In this document: positions 27,858-36,138 of the stretch, one piece after another
Layout: every line of letters begins with the position of its first letter
How positions within the stretch are numbered: position 1 is the first letter of the stretch
From: an uncultured Methanosarcinales archaeon
GTDB taxonomy: Archaea; Nanobdellota; Nanobdellia; Woesearchaeales; BS150m-G63
Reading direction: 5' to 3'
DNA length: 64,000 nt
Assembly (NCBI GenBank): GCA_964630685.1
Contig: CAZVVW010000001.1
Coordinates: 30,236-94,235 of the forward strand
Translations under genes and position numbers: made by a program
Notes under the pieces: generated by a model
What the model saw: only the letters and a program-made list of their open reading frames with translations
What the model was told of the DNA's origin: nothing
Databases searched by the model: none

Positions 27858-28680
27858 AGATGTAAAACATTCAAAATTTAGAAAAAGTGATTTTTTTAAA
27901 ACATTGAAGAAGTGCAAGAAGATTCATTTTGTATTGTTATTTGATATTTTGGTTATATTGTTAATGATGATTCCATTATTTTTTTCAGGAGTGTATTTGA
28001 TGGGTTATATTAATAATAATCCAACTATGAAAAATGTGGTTGGACAATTAAACCAATTTGAAAATATGGATGTTACATCTCCAGAGAATTCTGAAATCAT
28101 AAAATCACTTATCTTACCTAATAAAGAAGTGTTTCTTAAATTAGTAATTACATTTTTGTTACTTTTTGTAATTTCTTTATTGCTGATGAATATTATATTT
28201 TCAATTATGAAGGGAACTTCGTGGAGTTTTGTGAAATATGGTGGGCTTAAAAAAAAGTTTGTCGTGAGTTTTTTTAAGAAGTCTTTTCTTTGGCTTTTTG
28301 TGTGGTTTTTTATTATTCTTTTACTTGCTACAGCTTTGGGGGGGATTAGCGGAATTATATTATTGCAAATATTAATGTTGTTCTATTTTTATTTAACTTT
28401 TTTTGTATTTTATCCTTTGCTTACATTAGATTATAAAATAGGTTTTAAAAAATTGTTTAAGAAAACTTTGAAATGTGCTATGAATTTTAGGAAATTTATT
28501 GTTCCATTTTTATGGTATATCTGTGCTTTAATATTGTTTATAGTTATTTTGGGATTGTTTTTTAAGATAAACATTATTTTAGGATATGGGGTATCTTTAT
28601 TATTTATGTTTTTGTATTTTGCTTTTCAGAAATATTATTTGTTAACGATTGTTGAAAAAATAAAGAAGAACTGTGATTGA
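27844..28680 (+). CDS. Polytopic membrane protein, family member 1 of 3 (paralogues at 51066 and 60779)
   Basis: Shared motifs: [KQ]Gx(2)WxFx(6)KK[FIY] and K[KT][LI]FxKT[LF]Kx(4)[KR][FH]x(2)P with the other two. Confidence 0.45.
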   Translation: MKKSKDVKHSKFRKSDFFKTLKKCKKIHFVLLFDILVILLMMIPLFFSGVYLMGYINNNPTMKNVVGQLNQFENMDVTSPENSEIIKSLILPNKEVFLKLVITFLLLFVISLLLMNIIFSIMKGTSWSFVKYGGLKKKFVVSFFKKSFLWLFVWFFIILLLATALGGISGIILLQILMLFYFYLTFFVFYPLLTLDYKIGFKKLFKKTLKCAMNFRKFIVPFLWYICALILFIVILGLFFKINIILGYGVSLLFMFLYFAFQKYYLLTIVEKIKKNCD

Positions 28681-28696
28681 TGTTATAATTAATAAA

Positions 28697-31003
28697 ATGT
28701 TAAGAAGTAAAAGAGGTCAAATAACGGTATTTATTTTGTTAGGGTTAGTTATATTAGGACTAGTTGTTGGATTTTTAGTGTTGAAGTCAAAAGTTACTGA
28801 AACTGAATTGAGTACTGGAGATGTTGTGGAAAAAACCCCTACAGATCTTAGACCTGTACATAATTTTGTTCATGAGTGTATGGAAAGGGTACTGATAGAT
28901 GGGCTTAAACGGGTTGGAGAACACGGCGGATATATTGAGCCTTTGAATGAAGAATTATCTGGCAAGAGTTTTGAAGTAGATTATTTTAATCCTACTGATT
29001 CTGATGGTGTTTCATTGTCTGGGGAAGATGAACTTTTTGTGCCTTATTGGTTTTATCAAACTCAACCAAATCCCTGTGTTTCGTGTACTGTTTCTACACA
29101 TAAACCATCTATTGAAAATATTGAAGAACAATTAGAGATTTATTTTAAAAGGGAATTTAATAATTGTGCAAAAGATTTTGTTATGTTCACAAAAAGGGGA
29201 TTTGAGATAGAAGAAAAGGGAGAACTTAAACCAGAAATTAGTGTTGCTGAAAAAAGTGTTAATTTTTTCCTTGAATATCCTCTTAAAGTTAAGAATAGGG
29301 GGAGTTCTACTTTAATTGAGCAGTTTTATGTTTCAGTACCTTTGAATTTTATGGATTTTTATAAACTTGCTGAAGATATTTATACTTATGAATCAGAATT
29401 TATGCCTTTGGATAAGTTTATAATTAATTTAATTAGTATGCATTCTGGTTTAAGCAATTATAAGTTGCCTCCTTTTTATGAGATAACTGAAGGTTATAAT
29501 TATATTATGTGGGTGAAACCAATTGTAGATAGACTTCTGAGGCATGTATTTTTATTAAATTTTCCTTATTTGAGGGTTAAAGGCACTTTAAATGAGCAAG
29601 AGATGTTACAGAATGCAGATGGTTATTTAGAGGGTGCATTTTTTAATGGTTCTATTTTAAATGTTAGTGGTGGATCTGGAGATTATGGTGAACTTGAGGC
29701 TGAATTTTTTTATGTTAATTGGCCCATGTTTTTTTCAATAAGACCTGGAGATGGAACAGTTTATAAACCAATAAGAACTGAACAAAGATCATTTTCTTTT
29801 ATTCAACCACATCAAGTGAATACTTACAAGTTTTTATATGATATTAGTGTTCCTATTTTAGTTAGAATAACTCAAAAAAATGCTTTGTTGGATGGGCCAT
29901 ACAGTTTTTGGTTTTCAATGGAAGTAACAATAAAAGATAATAAGAATTTATTGCAATGGTTTTCTGGTAATGGTACTGTAACTGCAGACCAAATAAATGA
30001 TACCATCAATGTTTCTGATTTGGGATTGATTGAAAAAACATTATTTTGTGAAGAGAATCAGTTGTTAAGTGGTAATGTAAATGTCACTGCTTATAGTGCT
30101 TATAATGGAACTCCTATTGAAGATGCAATTGTACGATTTGGGTGTGGTAGATATGGTTCTTGTAAATTGGGAAAAACAGATGCTAATGGTGTGTTGAGTA
30201 CTAAAATGCCTTTATGTAATGGAGGTTATGTGCTTGTTGAACCTCCAAGAGGGATGGAGAGTGTTTATTTTAGAAAAGCAGAACCATTAACAACTGAGAT
30301 TGGAGGTGATGGTTTTGTTGAAGTTTATTTAGACAGAGTTGCTGTAAAAAATATATCTTTTAAAATTCTAGAGATGTTGAGTGTTAATGATTGTTGCGTT
30401 GCTGGAAGAGATATTAATGATCATGAGCTGGTTATGCTTACTATTAAAAAAATGCTTGAGCCTGGAGAGATAGGGGAAGCCTTTACTCAGACATTTATTT
30501 ATGATCCTGAAGCAGACGAGCCAATGGCAATTAAAGAATTAAAATTAGTGCCTGGTGAGTATGATGTTAGTGCAACTTATTTTGATAATGATGGATTTGA
30601 GATAAGAAAATGGTGTAAACATATCTGTAAAGGATTTGGGTGTGGGCAGATAGAGGGGGCTGTTTTTCAAGGAGTACATCCAACAGATGCAAAACACGAT
30701 TGTTTAATAAGTCCAACTTGTCTTGTGTTGATGTCTCAATGGGTTCCAGATGATCCTATAGAAATTACTCCAGCACCACTTGGCGGTGTGATTATGAATA
30801 ATGAAACTGGTTATTGGGAACTAACCGCAAGTGATATTTATTCTTATCAAGATGATGTTGTTTTTAATATATTAAGAATGCCAACACCGACTTGTTTAGA
30901 TACTGATTGTGTGTTACCTGTTTGTGTAGGATTGGAAGAGATGGGTAAGACAATCAATTATTCTAAAGATTTTAGGAATGAGATTGAGCCGAGATTTATT
31001 TGA
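28697..31003 (+). CDS. Large protein with archaeal class III (type IV pilin-like) signal peptide (MLRSKRG|QITVFILLGLVILGLVVGFLVL), family member 1 of 3
   Basis: N-terminus matches the prepilin-peptidase motif [KR]G|Q + hydrophobic helix; paralogous to 33445 and 52187 (…RPVHNFV…GGYIEP… vs …RPVYNFI…GGWISV…). The ORF track's start at 28673 is probably upstream of the real ATG at 28697. Confidence 0.55.
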   Translation: MLRSKRGQITVFILLGLVILGLVVGFLVLKSKVTETELSTGDVVEKTPTDLRPVHNFVHECMERVLIDGLKRVGEHGGYIEPLNEELSGKSFEVDYFNPTDSDGVSLSGEDELFVPYWFYQTQPNPCVSCTVSTHKPSIENIEEQLEIYFKREFNNCAKDFVMFTKRGFEIEEKGELKPEISVAEKSVNFFLEYPLKVKNRGSSTLIEQFYVSVPLNFMDFYKLAEDIYTYESEFMPLDKFIINLISMHSGLSNYKLPPFYEITEGYNYIMWVKPIVDRLLRHVFLLNFPYLRVKGTLNEQEMLQNADGYLEGAFFNGSILNVSGGSGDYGELEAEFFYVNWPMFFSIRPGDGTVYKPIRTEQRSFSFIQPHQVNTYKFLYDISVPILVRITQKNALLDGPYSFWFSMEVTIKDNKNLLQWFSGNGTVTADQINDTINVSDLGLIEKTLFCEENQLLSGNVNVTAYSAYNGTPIEDAIVRFGCGRYGSCKLGKTDANGVLSTKMPLCNGGYVLVEPPRGMESVYFRKAEPLTTEIGGDGFVEVYLDRVAVKNISFKILEMLSVNDCCVAGRDINDHELVMLTIKKMLEPGEIGEAFTQTFIYDPEADEPMAIKELKLVPGEYDVSATYFDNDGFEIRKWCKHICKGFGCGQIEGAVFQGVHPTDAKHDCLISPTCLVLMSQWVPDDPIEITPAPLGGVIMNNETGYWELTASDIYSYQDDVVFNILRMPTPTCLDTDCVLPVCVGLEEMGKTINYSKDFRNEIEPRFI

Positions 31004-31007
31004 TTTA

Positions 31008-32552
31008 TTATATAATTAATTGAGCTATTTCTTCATTACTTTTTCCTTCATGCACTGCAGTTATTAATTGGTCAACCATATTATAATCGTTAATATTAGG
31101 ATTAGTTATACCCATCATTGCTAATAATTCGTCTGAAGTTTTACCTTCAATTACTGATTGTTTTAGTTGTTCAATTCCAGAATAATCTGGTTCTGGAGGA
31201 TTTTCTATTTCTTCTATCATTGCTTGTACTTGTTTGAATGAGTCACATGAACGCTTAAAATGAGGTGTTGTTAGTTCATTACATAGATTATAATTGTGAT
31301 TGTTTAGTACAATGCCAAAATAACAACTATCTTTTGTTGTTTCTCTTTCTACATATTGGCAAAATTGACTGTCTTGTGTATGTTCTACAATTGTGCTGAA
31401 ACAATTATCTTTTTCTATTTGATTTGTTAATTGTCCGCATAGTTGGGCAGCTTCGTTGGGGTTTGAAGAAATTAAGTTGGATAATTGATCTTGAATGTCT
31501 TCTAAATCTACATTTTCAGTAGGTGTTGTGAATGTTACTGGTTCTTCAACTTGTGTTGGTTGTTCTAAGTAAGGTTCTCTACATCCTTCTATTTCTACGT
31601 GTTTGCAGATGTAATTTGTTTCTTCTGAGCAAGGGATGTCTTCTGTACATGCATCTTGGTCATCGCAGGTTGCAGGACATTTTCTACATTCTTCACATGG
31701 CCCACCACAGTCTATATTTTCTTCTCCTTGGTTTTTGATATTGTCTGTGCATGTTGGTTCTTGTTTTGATTCTTTGTAAATTTTTATAGGAATTGATGCT
31801 ATTGCTGTCTGTCCATTATATTTTACAGTTGCTTTGAGGGAGTAAGATCCTGGCTTAGTGGTTTCTTCAATAAGAATATTTATTTTTTTAGTGCTTTTTG
31901 TTTCCAGAGCTATTGTTTCTTCAGTTGGAGTCTGTAATACATTGCCATCTTGGTCTTGAATTGTATACATTACAGTTACATCATATCTTTTTTTAGTGCC
32001 CATGCTATCTAATGTTTGAATAAAAGATATTTTTTCTCCTGGTTGAGCTGTTGTAGAAATTGCTTCTAAACTTACATCTAAAAGAGTTTCAGGTGTTTGA
32101 TTGGGTTTTATTAATTTTGAATATCCAAAATAGATTGTTCCTGTTACTGCCATTATTAATATTAAGAAAACTAAAATTTGTTTTGGAATGTCTGCTTTTG
32201 GTGATTGTTGTGTTTGTTGTTGTGTTTGTTGTTGTGTTTGTTGTTGTGTTTGTTGTTGTGTTTGTTGTGTATGAGTTTGTGGATATTGTTGTTGCTGAGA
32301 GTATGGTTGTTGTGTTGGCGGATATTGTTGCTGTTGTACTGGTTGAACTCTTCCTGGCCAAGCTTGTGGTTGTTGTGCTAGTTGTTGTGCTGGTTGTTGG
32401 CCATATGTTTGTTTTATTGCTTGTTCAACTTGATAGTTTGCATAACCATAATTTAATAGAGCTTGTCTTATCTGTTGAATAGAATATCCTTGAGATAATT
32501 GTTGTTGGATGTAATTTATTAGGTTTTGAGGCATAAATTTTAGAAAGTGCAT
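31008..32552 (-). CDS. Q-rich (prion-like) N-terminal region + TM + Cys-rich extracellular domain + duplicated C-terminal helical motifs; the only minus-strand gene within the cluster
   Basis: QQ(T)QQQ repeats encoded by a 12-nt tandem repeat; hydrophobic helix VFLILIMAVTGTIYFGY; CxxC-rich segment. Confidence 0.45.
   Translation of the reverse strand: MHFLKFMPQNLINYIQQQLSQGYSIQQIRQALLNYGYANYQVEQAIKQTYGQQPAQQLAQQPQAWPGRVQPVQQQQYPPTQQPYSQQQQYPQTHTQQTQQQTQQQTQQQTQQQTQQSPKADIPKQILVFLILIMAVTGTIYFGYSKLIKPNQTPETLLDVSLEAISTTAQPGEKISFIQTLDSMGTKKRYDVTVMYTIQDQDGNVLQTPTEETIALETKSTKKINILIEETTKPGSYSLKATVKYNGQTAIASIPIKIYKESKQEPTCTDNIKNQGEENIDCGGPCEECRKCPATCDDQDACTEDIPCSEETNYICKHVEIEGCREPYLEQPTQVEEPVTFTTPTENVDLEDIQDQLSNLISSNPNEAAQLCGQLTNQIEKDNCFSTIVEHTQDSQFCQYVERETTKDSCYFGIVLNNHNYNLCNELTTPHFKRSCDSFKQVQAMIEEIENPPEPDYSGIEQLKQSVIEGKTSDELLAMMGITNPNINDYNMVDQLITAVHEGKSNEEIAQLII
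32205..32270. repeat. 12-nt tandem repeat (ttgttgtgtttg x5.5) encoding (QQQT)n on the minus strand
   Basis: Perfect copies 32205-32264 plus a partial. Confidence 0.85.
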
Positions 32553-32662
32553 TATTTATTTAAAACTTTTGAAATGTAGATTTATTTTTTGTTGAAGATC
32601 TTTTGGTTTTTTTGTTGGTTTTTTCAAAAAAATATAGTATGGATTTATTAATTCTAAAATTG

Positions 32663-32698
32663 TTAGTTATAGGGTAATAATTAGTTATAGGGTAATAA
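32663..32698. promoter_or_regulatory. Perfect 18-bp tandem direct repeat (ttagttatagggtaataa x2) upstream of a TA module, followed by a (TA)7 tract at 32727-32741; candidate antitoxin operator/TATA region
   Basis: Read directly. Confidence 0.35.
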
Positions 32699-32772
32699 AA
32701 AGTAAATTAAGGTAAAACAAAAGGTTTATATATATATATATCAAATATATCCCATATAATGGTGATGTATAT

Positions 32773-33006
32773 ATGGTACAAGCAATGATTAAAATATCTG
32801 AAAATGCAAATCAAATTTTGAATATTGTTAAAGCTAGATTTAATCTTAAAGATAAGAGTGGAGCAATTGAAAAGGTTGTAATAGGTTATGGTGGAGATTT
32901 TTTAGAGCCAGAATTGAGACCTGAATTTATTCAAAAAATGCAGAAAAGACAAAAAGAAGAAACCGTTAAAGTTAAAGATTTCAAAAAACATTTTAAATTA
33001 AATTAA
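32773..33006 (+). CDS. Putative antitoxin (77 aa) of a RelE-type TA module
   Basis: Small ORF 16 nt upstream of a RelE-like toxin; its 3' end and the spacer are a (taaat)5 microsatellite. Confidence 0.35.
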   Translation: MVQAMIKISENANQILNIVKARFNLKDKSGAIEKVVIGYGGDFLEPELRPEFIQKMQKRQKEETVKVKDFKKHFKLN

Positions 33007-33022
33007 ATTAAATTAAATTAAT

Positions 33023-33290
33023 ATGTATATTTATGAAATTAGAAAAAGTGTAGAGAAAGAATTCTTTAAATTAGCAAAGAAAAATCCAAAACAATTAATA
33101 ATAATTGAAAAAAAGATTCATGAAATAATTAAAAATCCACATCACTATAAAAATTTAAAAAAAACCATTACAACCTCTAAGAAGGGTGCATGTTGAGGGT
33201 TCTTTTGTGTTGGTGTTTTCTGTAGATAGCGAAATCGAAAAGATAATTATTGAAGATTATGATCATCATGATAAAATTTATCATTGATTG
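33023..33290 (+). pseudogene. RelE/ParE-family toxin disrupted by a frameshift in an A8 homopolymer (33157-33164)
   Basis: MYIYEIRKSVEKEFFKLAKKNPKQLIIIEKKIHEIIKNPHHYKNLKK then +1 frame PLQPLRRVHVEGSFVLVFSVDSEIEKIIIEDYDHHDKIYH (cf. RelE ...RVGDYRIIY...IGHRKDIY). Confidence 0.6.
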
Positions 33291-33444
33291 TTTTAATTGT
33301 TAAGATTGATTAATGACTTCTCAAAACCTTTTAGGTTTTTTCGAAAGTTTTATATATTTCTCAATTATTTTATTCTCTATTAATTAGGTTTTTTTAGATA
33401 GTAGTACACATTATCCATTTAAGTGTACTAAAAAGAGGTTAAAA

Positions 33445-35073
33445 GTGGATAAAAAAGCTCAGGTGACATTGTTTATAGTAATAGGATTAATTATTCTTGC
33501 TTTAGTTGGCACTTTTATGTATATTAGAGAGAAATCTGTTGAGGGTGAAATTGGTAAGATTGATATTTCTGAAGTTCCTATGGAGTTTAGACCTGTGTAT
33601 AATTTTATTAATGATATTGTTTATGATGTTGCTGTTGAAGGTTTAGAGATTATGGGTTTACAAGGTGGGTGGATTTCTGTTGATGATGCTGAACTTTCTG
33701 GAGAAACCTTTATGATTCATCCTGATGCTACGAGTTCTGAAATTCTTAAACTTTTTAACATACAAGTTCCTTATTGGTATTTTATGAGTTCTCCTAATGA
33801 ATGTATGGCTAATTGTGAATTTAGCACTAAAGGAAAAGCTCCACTCAATAGCTGGACAGAAAATCCCTCCGATAGGCAAGATACTGATAAATCTGTGGAA
33901 GCACAATTGGATAGATATATTGAAGCAAACCTTAAAGAAAGATTGGCTTTGGAATTTAATACATTGAGAAAACAAGGATATGACATAAGTGGGGAGGGGG
34001 ATGTTTTGATAACAACAATTGTTGGAGAAGAAGATATTTCTGTTTCTGTCTCGTATAAAATTATTGTTGAAAAAGAAGATGGAAAAGGAGAATTTGACAG
34101 ATTTTTTGTTAGGGTTCCTTTAAATCTTAAGAAAATGTATGCTTTGGCAGAAGAAATAATTAATGCTGAAGTGGATTATCATTTTTTAGATGAAATTTTT
34201 TGGAATTGGATTAGTATTTATCAAGGGTTGGAAGGAGAATTGCCCCCTACAACCCAGTTTGATGTTAGTGTTACTAGTGCGGGCCCCTGGTTTATGACTA
34301 CTTCAAGAAAATTTATTGAAGATTCTATATTAGTTCCATTTGTTAAAACAATTCAAATACAAGATACTCAAAATTATGAATCTAAAGAGGTTCCTGGAGA
34401 TCCTAATGATAATTTTTATCGTGCAATGAATGGTATAAGGTCTATGGCAGAACCAAAATTCTTGAGCAAGCCATATAACATGTCTGTTGTGTTCATCTAT
34501 CAGCCAGAATGGAGTATTTATTTTAATATAGACCCCCATAATGGAGAAGTTATAAGATCTACCCAATATGATAATAATATATTGGGGATGTTACCTATTT
34601 CATTCCAAAATTATAAATTCTTTTATGATGTTTCAATTCCAGTACTTGTAATTATCACATCAGATGATGAATTAAAAGAAGAAGGATATTCACTTATGTT
34701 TGCAATTGAATCTAATATTAGGGGTAATAAACCCTTATCTCCTGCAAAGGTCGTTAGCTCAATTGTCGGAACACAGAGAAATACCCTTTTTACAGATGAA
34801 TCTCAATGGTTAAGCGGTAATATCACTATTGAAATTATAGATAATTTTGGAGCACCTGTTGAAGGGATTTTTGTGAGATATTTATGTGGGACACAAGTAG
34901 CAGATATAGGAGTTACAACAATTGATGAAGAGGAGAAGGCTAGTTTAATTTCTAAATTTCCTTTATGTGAAAATGGTTTACTGAACTTGCATAAAGAAGG
35001 ATATTTAGGATTTGAAGGTATAAGATTAAGCACTAAACTTGGAGAGGAAGCATATATATTAGTTCAAACTTAA
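33445..35073 (+). CDS. Large protein with class III (type IV pilin-like) signal peptide (MDKKA|QVTLFIVIGLIILALVGTFMYI), family member 2 of 3; GTG start
   Basis: Paralogous to 28697 and 52187; SD-like aagagg 10 nt upstream. Confidence 0.5.
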   Translation: MDKKAQVTLFIVIGLIILALVGTFMYIREKSVEGEIGKIDISEVPMEFRPVYNFINDIVYDVAVEGLEIMGLQGGWISVDDAELSGETFMIHPDATSSEILKLFNIQVPYWYFMSSPNECMANCEFSTKGKAPLNSWTENPSDRQDTDKSVEAQLDRYIEANLKERLALEFNTLRKQGYDISGEGDVLITTIVGEEDISVSVSYKIIVEKEDGKGEFDRFFVRVPLNLKKMYALAEEIINAEVDYHFLDEIFWNWISIYQGLEGELPPTTQFDVSVTSAGPWFMTTSRKFIEDSILVPFVKTIQIQDTQNYESKEVPGDPNDNFYRAMNGIRSMAEPKFLSKPYNMSVVFIYQPEWSIYFNIDPHNGEVIRSTQYDNNILGMLPISFQNYKFFYDVSIPVLVIITSDDELKEEGYSLMFAIESNIRGNKPLSPAKVVSSIVGTQRNTLFTDESQWLSGNITIEIIDNFGAPVEGIFVRYLCGTQVADIGVTTIDEEEKASLISKFPLCENGLLNLHKEGYLGFEGIRLSTKLGEEAYILVQT

Positions 35074-35130
35074 AATAAAAACTAAGATAAATATCAAGAT
35101 AAAAATTAAAATAAGAATAAAAATAAAAAA

Positions 35131-36015
35131 ATGAAATCAAAAACATTCATCGGAATTGGAATTTTTATGATTTTACTAGTAGTTATGGTTCCAATATCAT
35201 TTGGAGTGAGTTTTGATTCTGAAAATCCTCATATGACAGTTACTATGGATAAATTACATGAATTAGATGTGTCTTTTAAGAGAATTCCCATGGATGCTGC
35301 ATCTGATACTATTGGAAATCCAATGGAATTAGAAGAAGATGATGAAATAATTTTAACTATTATTAAGTATGAAGAAATCAGTGGAGAAGAAACTTTTCAA
35401 CAATTTATTGATTATAATTATGGTGAAGAAGGGATTAAAGTTAAGTTAGTTCCTGGAAAATATTCTATTAATGGGCAATTATTAGTTAATAGAAATATAA
35501 CTATCCCTGGGAGAAAAGATACTTATTGTAAAGGTATTGCACAACAAGATTTTGAACAGACATCATCTACTTTTGCAACTGGGGCTGCAGGAGTTGTTGT
35601 TGGGGCTGCTGTTGGAACTGCAATATCTGCAGCAATTGGTGCTGGAAGTGTTGCTGCTGCTGGGCCAGCATTAGTTGGAGTTTTTTCTAGTGGTGCAGGT
35701 TTTATGGCTGCTTTAGGTCCTATTGGTTTGGTTGCTTTAGGACTTCTTGCTGTATTTGCTGTAGTCACTTCTTTACTTGATTGTACAGGGACAGAAGAAT
35801 CTGTTGAGATTCCTGAAATAAGTATGAATCCTGCAATGCTTGGTGGAGTTATGGGGAATATAACTCTTAATCAAGATATATATTCAAAAAGTGAAATAAC
35901 ATTTTATGTTTTTAGTACAGATCCCCCATTAGCTATTGAAGGATTAAATATTTTGGGAATGATAGAAGATTTGGGAATTATACATCCAGATTTGATACAA
36001 CCAGATTTATCATAA
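35131..36015 (+). CDS. Secreted protein with C-terminal Gly/Ala-rich (glycine-zipper-like) membrane segment
   Basis: Signal peptide; AAGVVVGAAVGTAISAAIGAGSVAAAGPALVGV... Confidence 0.4.
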   Translation: MKSKTFIGIGIFMILLVVMVPISFGVSFDSENPHMTVTMDKLHELDVSFKRIPMDAASDTIGNPMELEEDDEIILTIIKYEEISGEETFQQFIDYNYGEEGIKVKLVPGKYSINGQLLVNRNITIPGRKDTYCKGIAQQDFEQTSSTFATGAAGVVVGAAVGTAISAAIGAGSVAAAGPALVGVFSSGAGFMAALGPIGLVALGLLAVFAVVTSLLDCTGTEESVEIPEISMNPAMLGGVMGNITLNQDIYSKSEITFYVFSTDPPLAIEGLNILGMIEDLGIIHPDLIQPDLS

Positions 36016-36138
36016 TTATGATTGAGATAATATTAGGAGTAAAAATTTAAATTAAGGGGTAAAAGTTTAAATTTCAAAGAAACTTTTATATATAATTGGG
36101 CATAACAATAATTAGGAGAGGACATATACACGATATAC

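Noticed and set aside
32060-32482. Plus-strand ORF with (VVFVV)n repeats
   Set aside because: Antisense translation of the (QQQT)n tandem repeat in the minus-strand gene.
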